The notes: generated by a model from the sequence alone, not told the origin. A stretch of 64,000 bases of DNA from Novakomyces olei (GCA_016906335.1 JADEYG010000005.1:248001-312000), one strand, 5' to 3'. Shown: positions 17,984 to 31,049, counted from the first letter of the stretch. A program made the numbers and translations.

Positions 17984-20900
17984 TTATGCGGCAGTGTGCT
18001 TCTCCGTGAGCGCCTCAGCCTCGGCAATATCCTCCTTCCAAAGATTACGCGTCCTCTCCGCGTCCAATGTGGGAAACATGACCGGGAAAACCTCGTCATA
18101 CGTCGCCACGGGCACGCCGTTAATGCCTTCCTTTACATAGTCGGGTAATTCTTCCCAGTCAGCGAGGTTCTCACGTGGGAAAAGGACGGTAGTAGAGCCA
18201 GCACGTTTAGAGGCAGCCACCTTTTCCCTCAGCCCACCAATCTGAAGCACTTTGCCCGTCAGTGTAATCTCGCCAGTTAAGGATATGGTGGACTCAACCG
18301 GGTAATCCATAGCGACAGACAAAAGTGCTGACGTCATAGCGACTCCAGCGGAAGGCCCATCCTTGGAGATTGCTCCAGAGGGACAGTGCAAATGGATTCT
18401 GGCGCGCTCAAAGAACCGATTTTCAGGAAAGTTTTTGGCCATAAAACTACGGGCAAAGGAATACGCCAGATCAGACGATTCCTTCATTACATTGCCCAAC
18501 GATCCCGTTGTCCTTAGCGCTGGAACACGGCTGGACTTTAGGGTTTGTTCAACGATTGCCTCAATGTAAAGTGCACTCCCGCCCATTGCCGTCCAAGCCA
18601 GGCCCATAATGACGCCCACAGGAGCCACCTCGTACAACCGATCTGACGCAATTTTCTCAGGGCCGACATAGTCATCAAGGTTATCTGCATTTATCTCAAT
18701 TTCAATCGTCTTGGGAATTACCAGCGGCTGGACTTTTTCACTGTTTGCATCTGGCTCTGAGGGTGGTTTTGCAGATTGGTCCTTGGCCGAAGGATCTGCC
18801 GCAGTTTGTACAGACTCGGTAGACTGCTTGTCTTGAACAGGACGCGCCTCAGTTAGCGGGGCTTCAGCGTCGGCAAAGCTCGCAGTAGCTCCGTTGGCCG
18901 CCGCTGCCTCCTCTTCTGCTTTTTGTACTTTGCGCACAACTTCCAAAGAAGCCTTGCGAAGTATCTTTTCAATATGCTGCTTGAGACTACGGACTCCGCT
19001 CTCTCGGCAATAATGCCGTACAAGCGATCTAATGGCACCCGGTGTTATGGTAATATTCGCATCTGCCAGACCCACCTTCTCTTTTGTCTCGGGGATAATA
19101 TACCGCTCAGCAATAGCAATCTTCTCTGCATCAACATAGCCCGATAGTTCAATGACTTCCATCCGGTCTAGCAACGGCCGCGGGATAGTTTCCGTCGTAT
19201 TCGCGGTACACACAAAAAGCGTCTGTGATAAGTCCACTGGGACATCCAGATAATGGTCCATATACGCATTGTTTTGCTCCGAGTCTAATAGCTCAAGCAG
19301 TGCGCTTGATGGACTGCCGTGATGCGATGTTCCAATTTTGTCGACTAGCTATTAGCAAAAATGATGATAGATTAACTGAAAAATGAAACGAAAAATAAAT
19401 TAATAAACAAATAATAAAAATAAATAAATAAATAAATAAGTAAATAAATAAATAATAAAAATAAATAAAATAGAAAATCGAGCTGCTCAAACATTTCAAT
19501 ACTTACTCTCGTCAATCATTACAAGAGGGTTCATAGAACCAGCAATTTTAAGCGCTTGGATCATTTTGCCCGGCATTGCGCCCACGTACGTCCGCCGATG
19601 GCCTTTAATCTCCGCAACATCGAAAAGACCGCCGACGCTAAACCGATAAAACTTTCTGTACAAAGCGCGGGCAATTGAGGCTCCGATAGACGTCTTGCCC
19701 ACGCCAGGCGGGCCTACCAAGCAGATAATCTTGCCCTGAACTGATCCACGTAATTTCCCAACAGCAATCAGCTCCAATATGCGATCCTTTACATCCTCCA
19801 TGCCGTAGTGGTCGTGTTCCAGGACAGAGGCTGCATTATCCACTGAGAAATTTTCCCTCGACGTAAGGCCCCACGGAACATTAACGAGCCACTCTAAATA
19901 GTTTCTAGTCGTCCCGTACTCTGAAACATGAGGATCTAGTGAATTGAACTTGGAAAGCTCTTCATTAAACACTTTTGCAACGGCATCCGGCATCTTCAAC
20001 TTGGCCGCACGCTCTTCAAATTTCTTTGCTAACCCGTTCTTGCCTTCGCTCTCAATGCCCAATTCACGCTGTGCAATTTTCAGCTGTTCGTTCCAGAAAT
20101 ACTCCTTTTGCCGAACCAACATTTTCTGCTCTATTTCGTTTATAATTTGTTTTTGAAAGGTAACAGACAAGTACTCGTTCTTCACCAACACGAGTGCAGA
20201 CCGCAGCCTTTGCTGAATAGTATCGGCCTCTATCGCCGCTTGGAAATTCTCCTGTGACCCTGAACCAATTGAGGCCGCCGCATCAGCTAAACCTTCTAAC
20301 GTTCTCGCCTTTTCAGTCTGGATCATTTGCTTGATCGAGTTGTTTACTGCACTGACAGAGTCGTGCTTTGTTATACTAACAATCTGATCAAAAACGTTGT
20401 GGATCTCGTTTTTCAAGGCTAAAAGTACGGGATCGTTACTGTCAAAGGGTTTGAGGTTCACTTTTTCCACATCGACACGAGTGACGTTGTACTTGTCGAG
20501 ATACTCATTCGTCCATAACGGCTTTGACTGAGTGTCACCGCTTGCTGCTGTTGCTGCTTTGCTTGCGTCCTCTGAAATGGAGGGTTTGTCGGTTGTTTCT
20601 GTCGCTGCTGTAGATGGAGGAGAAGCTGTGTCTTTTGCAGTGTCCGCAGGCCCCTCAGATTTGGCTTTGCTTTCACGTTCTATTTTCGCTTTCGCAAAAG
20701 CCTCGTCGTCCTTTGAAGGATAAAGCTTGTTTATCCTCACGCGTGCGTGCGGGTAAAGTACAACTGTTAGTCCCTTGGATGCCGATTCGTAAAAGGAAGT
20801 TATCTGCGCCAGGGTTCCAACATCGTAGATCTCGTCCATGTTTCTAACAACATCGGCCTCAGAATTATCATCCTTCGTCAGAATCGTAACCAAAAACGGA

Positions 20901-21741
20901 TTATTTCGAGCCTCGATTTCCCGGACAGCCTTTTGAACTTCTGGGTCTTGGATTGTGACAAATTTATAGAAGCCTGGACATTAGTAATAGGTCTAAAGCA
21001 AAAGGGCATAAAGCAAAGGGCCAAGCATAATCGAGCTGGGTATTATGCGAAATGTACAGCTGTAAACTTACCCGGAAAAACCGGTTTCTTTGTCACCGGA
21101 ATAGCCAACAATGGCGGAAACTCCTTTATAGAGCGCACGTCTTGAAGCTGAGTGGTAGAGTGATGGTAGGGTCCAATCGAGCTTGGACCGCCCAGTTTTT
21201 GTGGGCTGGTTGAGACGATGTTAGACGCAGACACAGAGTTTTTGTCAGACGAGTCAGAGGTTCGGTTCTTGCCCTCGGACTGTGAGCGCGGCCGGTCTCC
21301 CTGCTCTTTCTCTCCGTCCTCCGGCTTATCCTCTTTACCAGCCTCAGCAGCAGCCTCACTGCCCTGCTTCTTGGCCTTTGACTTTGCGCCATCAGCCGCC
21401 ACTGTCTGCTCATCGTCCTGCTCCCCTGGCTTGTCTCCTTCTTCTATAGACTTGGGCTTACGGCCTCGGCGCTGCTCTAGCGCTGGTGCGGATGGCCGGA
21501 AAGGCGCTTTCAGACTATTGTTAGTAGCAAAAGGCCTTTTGCCAATATCAAAAACGGGCAAAATGGGCACTACTCTGCTCTCCGAAAGCTGTGAGCGCCG
21601 CAGAACGTTCGCCCGGCCGAAATGCTTCGACGAAGCTGAGCCCAGAGCGATAGCTCGAGACAGATCTCTGTCCAGGCAGTTTGTACAATACGATCTGCTT
21701 CGCAGCCGCAAAGCCGGTTTCGCCGGCCTTATACGCTGCAT
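17984..21741 (-). CDS. PIM1: Mitochondrial Lon protease; introns 20974-21071 and 19345-19506
   Basis: Arg-rich presequence, PVFPG|FYK, DHYGMEDVKDRILE, Walker A GPPGVGKTS, IDE|IDK, catalytic KDGPSAG and IGGLREK (Ser-Lys dyad). Confidence 0.95.
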
Positions 21742-22711
21742 TACAAAGCGCCTATATGCAAAACTTGGTCACAACAGCGACCGAGGGTTTTGCCGTTTTG
21801 CCTTTTTGCCTTTTAAACGGCGTCTTTTGCACTCGTTCGCCGCGTTACGTAGGCTCTGTACAATATGGCGTATGTATAATTTGTGTATAGAGCGTGTATG
21901 GAGAATTCTGGTATATGACTAATAATCTCGTCTGTGGTTTAATTAATTATTATAAATTAAATTCGAATAATGGATAGAGAAAATGAGGAAACCGAGAAAG
22001 TAAGGTGATGGAGAACATAGAGAACATGGAATTTTAAAGAAAAGAAAGTTATATAAAGAATTAAAAGAAAAATAAAAAAGAATCAAATAAAAATTAAAAT
22101 TAAAATTAAAATAGAAATAAATTGAATTAGAAATAAAATAGAAATAAATTTATATATTGTTTTGCAAACGCTGCGATGTATAATTTGCCTTGGCGATGTA
22201 GTCGATAAACTTCTCTGCAGCCTTGACGCGATCCAAGTTGTAAAATTTTTAAGATTCTGTATAAAGTGCATGAACTCAACTTATATTAAGCGTCTTTGTT
22301 CTATGTTCTGTTTATTATAGACCTCAGACGCGCGCTAAAAACTGCCTTACAAAAGTCAGACTCAAATTTTCTACGCGTGTCATAGACGCACACTAGTTGT
22401 TCTATTTCCCTCCTCCCAAGTACGATCGGCACTCACGTAAGAAGATGAGAATTTTGCTGGAAATCCATACCGACTTTTATTAAGCTCATTTTCTTTTCAT
22501 AATAGATTATTTACAAGATAAGAGACCTCGTGAAATATAGACGACGAGAGACGAACGTGTCAAACAAGCACCAATAAACCGAAAACCGAAAGTGTTAAAA
22601 CTAAACTAAAATAAAACAAAAATGCAATTAAAAAAGCCATCGAAAGGAATAAAGCAAAAGCACTGTTAGAATGAAAATGTTAACTGTATCGATAAAATCA
22701 AGATTAAGCAT

Positions 22712-24328
22712 TTACGAGCGCAACCTTTTCCGGCCTCTCCATTCCTTTAACAGAGATACGCTCTCTTTAACGGCAGCAATTATTAACGGTGGACAAAGCG
22801 GTCCAAATAAAGGTACGTAAACACCGATTTTGTGCTCGTCGACAGAATAAAGACTCGTGGCCATATCAGGATTAAAAAAAGCCTTTTCTGCGTACATTAA
22901 AGCATCTGCCGACTGACGTAAAGCCTCTTGTGTAGAATTCGCTTGTAAAAGCTCACAAGCCTACGTATCGTTAGCACGCTATAATAATTTGATAAATGTT
23001 CTCGCAAACATAATATAGAAATTATCCCAACCTTTTCCAAGTGCTTCAACGAGCGCAGCACTTGCTCGCTCACTTCTTCCGGAATTTCAAGTCCTTCAAT
23101 CTGCTGTGCAAGCCGTGCAAAACTTGCCAAAGTGCTACCGGCACTGTAAACGTTTTCTACTACTCTTTTCCGCATAATTTCGCGTAGAGCTGTCTCTGGG
23201 ATTAAACCAGTGCGAGCATCGATTTTCGCTTGAATGCCCAATAAGCGTAGCATGTGTATGGCGAATACTGATAGCGGTTCACGTAAATCGTCGACGCTGA
23301 GATGGTGAGCTTCAGCGCCAGGATTATAAACGAGAACGGAGCCCCATTGAGGCAATAGAAAGGCGTTATTTGGCACATAATGCTCACTCATATCCCGCAA
23401 AAGAAGCGGACGGAAGGCAACAGCAGGAACATAGAGCAGTAAATTGACGGTTGGTTGAGTCGAGAATATTGTGGACGAATCTGATTCTGCTGAATTAATA
23501 AACTGAGGTAAACTGGCAGCTGGGAGAAAATAAGAAGAACCGTCGTGGTCTGGTATTAGAGGCAGCTCCGAATAGTATTGGATTTGGCTATCGACCGTCA
23601 TGTTGGACAGAGCGGATAGCTGATCCAACAGCGGGCTAAGATAGCCCTGTATAGCGGCCTCAATGTCCCACGATTGTATCAAACTTTCACCGCCACCATT
23701 ACTTAGGCTGAACACGAGATTGTAGTCGCTCGAGTATCGCATCACGCGCTTGTCACTGCCGGAAAGATGAGCAGGCGCGTCGCCTTCAGCGGACGCAATG
23801 GCGACATCGCGTTTCTCTGCCGATATTGCTCTTACTTCTGGACAAGCCTGGAAGGAATTAGTTTTACTATTCTTTTACTTTTCTGCTTGTTATTTGGTTT
23901 CGAGCTTTTGAGATTTTAAAATATTTTTTTGTCCTCATTTTTGTTTTCTTTTCTCGGTCAATCGAGCAGCTCATTCCTTATTTACGCGTTCACAGCAAAG
24001 GCTTTCACTTTTGACGTCTTTTTTTCTTTAATTCTGCTCCTGAAATAGCTTCTTCTCCTTTCATCATACAATCCCATTTTCCCAGGCAAGCATACGCTCG
24101 GTGGGCAAATATGCCTTGTGGATACTCGTCGTATGGATCCATAGCGGTATACCGATTAAGACAACGATCTTTTCGACAGAGTCAGTCAAAATTATCAGAT
24201 CAATATAGATTTTATACCCAGAAAGAAAGTACGACCATACGTCGTTGCCAAATCTCCTGTTTTAGCTGCTGTTGCGATTGTCGCTCTGACAGCAATCGCT
24301 TCTTGTCCCCATCTGCGGTTTGTGCCAT
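22712..24328 (-). CDS. GPI17: GPI transamidase subunit PIG-S/Gpi17; introns 24169-24217, 23848-24069, 22961-23031
   Basis: RRMVVLSFW|IVVLIGIPLWIHTT (TM1), RYSSDYNLVFSL, FLLPQWGSV, AEKAFFNPDM..LY..DEHKIGVYVPLFGP (TM2). Confidence 0.88.
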
Positions 24329-24360
24329 GCGCCAGCACAAAAGTGGAGTTCGATAAGACG

Positions 24361-24362
24361 AT

Positions 24363-24433
<71 letters not shown>

Positions 24434-24510
24434 TTCATTTATGTTTAATTATATTTAATTATATTTAATTATATTTAATTATATTTATTTATTATTCATT
24501 TATTCATTCA
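24361..24510 (+). repeat. (ATTT)n plus (ATATTTAATT)n repeat in the Gpi17/Ceg1 divergent promoter
   Basis: Direct reading. Confidence 0.93.
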
Positions 24511-24801
24511 CTCATCTTTACATTTGCCCATTTATATCAAAGTAAAAGAATTAAAAAGGAAACAGTTTGGAAAACTGGTCACAAACTGTCTGGCCGAAAA
24601 CCCTGACTATTAAAGTGATTTGCGCGCGACACACGAGCGACAAAGGCGTGCAAGGACGCGGCGCTCGAGCAGTTTGATCCATTGGCGATCGCGCCCTCAG
24701 TCTGTATGACTACGCGGTAACACAGGATTGACGGAAATAAAATAAAATAAAATCAAAAATAAAATAAAATAAAATAAAAAAGCAAAAAACCAGAGCAAAA
24801 T

Positions 24802-26583
24802 ATGGGAAAAGAACTGCCAGTGATCCCCGGTCCCAGGGTCGAGATTCCTAAAGAACTGGTCAGATTACAGCGCCGCGTGGCTGATCTGCTCAACCGTGAC
24901 TCTCTACACTTTCCTGGAGCGCAGCCGGTTTCGCTTACGACGCGGCATTTACAGACTCTAGTCGATAATGATTACTACGTGTGCGAGAAATCGGACGGCA
25001 TTAGGTGTCTAATGTACATCTCTCGAGACGCGACTGACAATGCTTCCAAGTTTACAGACGCCGTTTATCTGATCGACAGGCGGAACGATTACTACCGCGT
25101 TCCCCGCTTGCATTTCCCTGTCCCCGGAGACCATACTTTCCGAGATTGCCATCGCGACAGTATTCTGGACGGTGAACTCGTTCTGGATACGTTTGCCGAC
25201 GGCCGCAAAGTGACACGTTTCCTCCTGTTTGACTGCCTCGTAATGGACGGCAAACGTGTAGTCGAAAGGCCGCTGGATAAGCGGCTGGGGTATTGCAAGG
25301 TTATGGTGTATGAGCCTTTGGAGAAACTGTTGAAGACTAACCCTGATGTGCGGCGGCGTATGCCCTTTGAAGTTGCCTTCAAGGAGATGCAGCTGGCTTA
25401 TGGGATCAAGATGATGTTTGATACAGTTATACCCGGCCTTCACCACGGCAATGATGGGCTTATTTTCACACCGCTCAATACTCCTTACAAGTATGGTACG
25501 GACACGATGCTGTTAAAGTGGAAACCGAGCGAGGAAAACTCGATCGATTTTCGGCTGCGGCTTTCTCTGAGCCTGAATGAGCAGGGAAACCCTGATCCGC
25601 AGCTGATGCCCCAGTTTGATTTGTATGTATACACGGGCGACCGCCGGCAGCATGATCCATACCAGTATTTTGCCAGTATGTATGTCGACGAGGAGGAATG
25701 GCAAAGGCTGCAGCAGATTCCGCTGGTAGATGCAATTGTAGAGTGTGTCAGGGACGCTGAAGGGCGATGGAGGCTGATGCGGTTCCGAGAGGATAAACTG
25801 GAAGCCAATCATGTATCGACCCTGCACGCAACCTTGCAAAGTATTGAAGACGGAGTCTCAAAGGCTGAGCTGTTACAGAATGCTTATGCTATGCGCGAGG
25901 CTTTTAAGCGTCGACGGAGCGGGACTGCCGGGGTGAAAACGGGTGTGGCAATTAGTAATGGTGATCATCATCCTCAGCAGCCAAGGGAGCAGGATAATGT
26001 GAATGGGAACGGGCAAAAGGAGGTCTTGTCGGTGGGTGTAAAGACTGATGGTGATGGAGGAAAAAGCGTTACAAACAAAGCGGGTCAAGAACAAGAAGGC
26101 AAGGAAAGGCTCAACGATGAAGTTTGTAATGTGAATAGCGAGCAGGTAAGGGATACTGGGGAAAAGTGTAAAAATACCCAGCCAGAGCAAGAGTCCGGCA
26201 CATCAGCAGACGGCTCTGGTCTCGAAAAGACGAGCGTTATCGGCACTAGATTTGATGGTGCCAACGGTGGACTTGCAGACTCCAAACCTGTAGACTCCGA
26301 AACAAGAGACGCAGAGATTGTTTCTGCTCCAGTAGAGACAGTTCCGGCGACAGGTTCCTTACGATCCGAGTTGAAAACAAAATTAATGGATGATCGGGAA
26401 AGCAGCAGCAGTATGACTCCGCCGTCTCAAACGCCAATAAAGGATAGCGCAGAGATGAAGCGGAGCACAACTTTCTCATTGGCGTCTCATGACGAACCGG
26501 CCTCAGAGCCGGAAGAGCCTCTACCGAAAAAGCCACGGAAAATGAGTGCTATCTACGATATTTTGAACGATACGAACGAGTAG
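24802..26583 (+). CDS. CEG1: mRNA capping enzyme guanylyltransferase subunit with a long C-terminal extension, intronless
   Basis: FPGAQPVS, motif I YYVCEKSDG, LDGEL, FLLFD, HGNDGLIF, LLKWKP, RFREDK..AN. Confidence 0.95.
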   Translation: MGKELPVIPGPRVEIPKELVRLQRRVADLLNRDSLHFPGAQPVSLTTRHLQTLVDNDYYVCEKSDGIRCLMYISRDATDNASKFTDAVYLIDRRNDYYRVPRLHFPVPGDHTFRDCHRDSILDGELVLDTFADGRKVTRFLLFDCLVMDGKRVVERPLDKRLGYCKVMVYEPLEKLLKTNPDVRRRMPFEVAFKEMQLAYGIKMMFDTVIPGLHHGNDGLIFTPLNTPYKYGTDTMLLKWKPSEENSIDFRLRLSLSLNEQGNPDPQLMPQFDLYVYTGDRRQHDPYQYFASMYVDEEEWQRLQQIPLVDAIVECVRDAEGRWRLMRFREDKLEANHVSTLHATLQSIEDGVSKAELLQNAYAMREAFKRRRSGTAGVKTGVAISNGDHHPQQPREQDNVNGNGQKEVLSVGVKTDGDGGKSVTNKAGQEQEGKERLNDEVCNVNSEQVRDTGEKCKNTQPEQESGTSADGSGLEKTSVIGTRFDGANGGLADSKPVDSETRDAEIVSAPVETVPATGSLRSELKTKLMDDRESSSSMTPPSQTPIKDSAEMKRSTTFSLASHDEPASEPEEPLPKKPRKMSAIYDILNDTNE

Positions 26584-27074
26584 TTTAAGAGAATTTGGTT
26601 TCGTCTTTATGGTTTTATGTCTATTGCGGATGTTGTTCACCAGTTATTGTGGCTTGAGTCTTCTCGGCTTGTGATTTCAAGGTTTTTCATATCGCAAGTC
26701 TGAGTTTTATTTTGTAGCGCAAAGCTATCATGGATTTAGCCCGACAAACTGCTGTTTGAGGGCGTTGATCATTGGCGTTGAACACCTCAGCTGTGTGAGA
26801 CACTGTAGCCTGTTTGCACCTCAGCCTGGTATAACGAATGTTCGTTTAAGCGAACTCTTTCGCTATAGCGAACTATATCGATGTTTACCTGGTTTATCTC
26901 TGTATAGAACAACGGAAAACTTTGCCAGTTTTTCCAGCGTACGGTTTGCAAGCCATTCACAAAAGTCGGTCATGGTATCTTAAATTTTGTTTTATTAATC
27001 TGTACATAATTATTCCTCCAATGAACCTGAAAATAGAAATAAACATAAAAGTTAAGAGTTCGTTTTCAGAATAA

Positions 27075-27564
27075 TCAAAAATCATTTATCAGCCCTCCGC
27101 TAAGTTTAGAAGTATCAAGCTTAAAGACATCGCCATTAGAAGTCTCCGATTCTGCTTTCGGCAATTGTTCTGCTGTCTTGAATCGTACAGCTACCAGATA
27201 CCTCTCATAATCGGATTTTCGCTGCCGTAATTTTTCCGTCGTCAGACTATCCGAAACCAAATTGCCACGGGTTCGGCTATCTACCGCAAAAACATCAATC
27301 ATATTTGCGGTTGCTCTATTAACAATATCTGCCAGCTTTCGTTGAACTGCTGCCGAGTCTATATGGCCCATTGAGTTTTCGCCCATTCCGCCATTTGGAA
27401 GACTTTTGCATAAGCATTGTAATCAAAATTTGACCAATTAAAAAATTAAGAAAATCTTACGGTGATTGTGTGACAGGGAGACCATCCTGGTCTCGTAAAA
27501 GCGCTGATCTCTCATCGATTTCGCCGTCGGGCCGCTGAGCAAAGCAGCTACAACATGATCCCAT
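27075..27564 (-). CDS. LAMTOR1/Ego1(Meh1)/Lam1-like lipid-anchored Rag GTPase scaffold; intron 27403-27460
   Basis: First exon (absent from the ORF track) MGSCCSCF carries myristoylation and palmitoylation sites, acidic dileucine DERSALL, and LADIVNRATANMIDV. Confidence 0.8.
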
Positions 27565-28002
27565 TGAGCTTGATCTGTTAATTACCAGTGCTGAATTTAT
27601 AGCGTAGACAAATAAATTACTGATTAATTAATGTATATATTAATTTAATTTTCTGGTAGATAATTTGGGAATACGAATAATAAATGAAGTTAATAGCGAT
27701 AGTGGCTAATAATAAATAATAAACAGCCGAAAAATGGCAGTGAATAATCAACAACAATAATTTGGCATGATTTATTTCATACTATTTATGCTTTATTAAT
27801 TAACTTATTTGTTATTGTTTATTATTTATTATTTAATTGTTAATTATTAATTAATTATTCCATAACCAATTAATAACAACATTATTTAGACCAGTCAATA
27901 AAACCAATTCAGTTCCAGATTAAAGAGCCCCCACTGGGCGATATCAATGTCTAATACACACAAATAAGAGTTTTCGTCTCCTTAATGAAATACAGTAATA
28001 GC

Positions 28003-29170
28003 CTAGTCCTCAGGATTATCACGATACGGTTTGCGGCTTGGCTCATCCGTGTCGTGGTAGCTGTCGAGCTCGTACTGGCCCACGCGCTCTCCACGGCTGC
28101 GTCCACTGGCATAATCCTTGTGCTTGTGAATACGGAATACAGGGATATTACGGGGACGCCGTACGACGAAAAAGTAGAAGGCAAGAACGATAAGCAGGCC
28201 TACAATAGCACAGGGAACACCAATTGCAGCCCTCAAATTGCGCTTAGCTTCCCTTACTGCCTTGTCATGTTCGGCCTTCTTGCTGGGATCTTCATTCTTG
28301 GCCAGCTGGAAGACTGCACTGTTTGACGACATGGAATCACCTTCAATTGGGACCATCTTCAGGTAAACTTGCCGCGTAGCATTACCCTCAAGCCATTTAC
28401 CTTGCACCTTGAAATTCCACGAACCAGCGTTGGATGAAATTGTGCCAGACTGCGTCAGCAGTTCGTTCTCGGACTCGTAGAGCAAAGCGATATTTACATG
28501 CTCAGCGTCGCGATAGTAAGTCGGGTCCCATGTCACTTCGTAGGATTTGCCCTTGACCAATCGCTCGCCTGCTTGATTAGAAGACAGAGAAATTGTATTA
28601 AAAAATAATTATAAAAAGAACAGAAAAATAATTAATGCAGAAGAAACGGGAAAACAAAACAAAAAATAAACCAAAAAATTGTGCAATTAATACGCGTAAC
28701 TAATTGCAAATTAAAGACTACTTACCCTCTTGGGGATAACAGAACGGAGCCCGCGAGTAGTTTGAAGGAAGGCACGTGTTTTCTCCGATCAGAGTAGTGT
28801 TAGTGCCATTGGCAGACGCTTGAGCAGTGGGAACGGCAGCGATTCCAGTACGAGATCTCGGAAACACGGTAAACGTGGTCAGCGATCCGTCGGACAAGTA
28901 AGACTTTACGACTTCAGGAGTCCTGATAATCGTCAGCACTCCATCGTCTCCGGCCTCCGTAGTGGCTGTACTGTCCGCTGACGCGGTCACTGTAGTTGTA
29001 ATGGAAGCGCTGCTGCTTTCTTCCGCGAGAGCCGTAGACGCGGCAGTGGCAGTAGGAGTCGATCCAACGGAAGACGAGACCGACGCAGAAGTTGTCGCTG
29101 CTGATTGTGCTGCCACCGAACGTAATACGGCAGCTGTTACTGCCAACTTCCAACCAATGACGCGTGCCAT
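28003..29170 (-). CDS. Psg1-like type I membrane glycoprotein; intron 28569-28725
   Basis: Signal peptide, Ser/Thr-rich stalk, C...PFCYPQEG|GERLVKGKSYEVTWD, single TM (AAIGVPCAIVGLLIVLAFYFFVV), basic tail with YASGRSRGER. Confidence 0.7.
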
Positions 29171-29525
29171 TTTGATTCTGTGTAAAGCTGGTTTTTCGTA
29201 TGGCTTTGGCCGGGTCTAAAGGCACAAACAATTATTTATATTTTTTTGGCCAATTTTCAAGCCGGTCGGTGGTTTTCTGCGTATTCTTACCGCCATATTC
29301 TGCGTGTACGGATTTGTATAATGGTTGTATGTATTCGGACTGGCATTCACCACACTCGGTCCTCCTCCGTCCGATATACCTAATCCGTCATACAGCAAAG
29401 TAATTGCAGTAAAATACCTGTCGTGCCTGTAGATAACATTAGGGCTAGGGCTAATTTATATATTAATAATTTTAAACTTTTGCAATAGCTGATGAATTCT
29501 TGTCGAAAAGACAATACAATAGTAC

Positions 29526-29597
29526 ACACTATAATACACACTATAATACACACTATAATACACACTATAAAACAAATAAAACACACTATAAAATACA
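29526..29597 (+). repeat. (CACTATAATACA)n 12-mer repeat upstream of trp1
   Basis: Three exact units plus degenerate ones. Confidence 0.85.
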
Positions 29598-29681
29598 CAA
29601 TTTCACATACTAAAACTGATCAAATAAAGATCGAGCCATCAGCACCGAGCGAGCGGCGACGCCAAATTTTCGCAGCGGCTC

Positions 29682-30897
29682 ATGGTTGAGCCATTAGTCA
29701 GCACAATGGCCGATGGCCCAACAGTTGTTATTGATAATTACGACTCGTTTACGTGGAATATTGTCGAATACATCTGCCGTATCGATCCCACGCTGGACGT
29801 TCAGGTCTATCGCAACGACAAGGTTCGTATCGTCCGTCTTTGTTTTCCCAATGAATCGTTTCAATCTTGTAAATGGCCTACGCTGTACCTTGAGTCAACT
29901 GGGTCTGCTGATCTTTGAGAGCCAACTACTCTTTCTGTCTAATCTTTGTGTACTCTCTATATTCGCTTTTCTTGTAATGCGTGTCATTTGTTTCGCTGCT
30001 CCTTTTCACATTTCTGCCAAACTTGAAGTCCTCATTTCATTTGGCTTATTCTTTTTTTTTTTTACCGTTTTTAGTGTACATTGTCTCGTTGCTGCTTTTC
30101 TAGTCGTCGTCGTTCCTTATTGCTGAAAATTGTTCTCGTTCGCTCCTGCTTCTTCTTTTGCTCTAGTTCTATGTAGTCTCTCTTCTTCGTATTTTTTTAT
30201 CTCTGTCAGCCTTTCTCTAATCGTTTTCTCCGTTAATTTTATCTTATTTAATTTATTTATTTATTTTTATTTTTATTTTTATTTATTTTTATTTTTATGT
30301 TATTTATTTATTTATTTTTCCACTTTTTCATTTTTCCGTTCCTTTTCCTCTATATCAATTTCTAACGTACAGATCACGATTAAGCAACTGCAAGACTTAA
30401 AACCCGCGAGACTCGTCATATCCCCCGGACCCGGCCACCCCGACACGGACAGTGGGATTTCATGTGATGCCATTCGTGAATTTGCGGGAAAAATTCCCAT
30501 TTTTGGGGTTTGTATGGGCCAGCAGTGTATAATATCCGTGTACGGCGGCCGCATAGAGTTTGCCGGAGAGATTGTTCACGGAAAGACTTCACTCGTGCGC
30601 CACGACGGACTCGGCGTGTACACGGGTCTTCCGCAGGATATCGCGGTGACGCGTTACCACTCCCTATCGGGTGTACGCGCGTCTCTACCATCCCACTTGC
30701 ACGTGACTAGCTGGACACAAAGTGGGGTTATAATGGGCATACGTCATCGTGATTACGTACTCGAGGGTGTGCAGTATCACCCGGAGAGCATATTGAGCGA
30801 GCACGGGCTCGAGTTGTTGCGTAATTTCTTGCGTCTTTGCTATGGCACTTGGGCAGACGAGAACAATGCAGACAATAATACAGCTGTAAATACGAAC

Positions 30898-30983
<86 letters not shown>

Positions 30984-31008
30984 TAATAATAACAATAATA
31001 ATAATAAC

Positions 31009-31049
<41 letters not shown>

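Noticed and set aside
23848-24069. Box C/D snoRNA in Gpi17 intron 2 (ATGATGA at the donor)
   Set aside because: No downstream CTGA box D, and the motif overlaps the splice site.
30130-30372. Hydrophobic N-terminus of the 865-aa Trp1 ORF as a membrane anchor
   Set aside because: It lies within the intron; the true first exon is 29682-29822.
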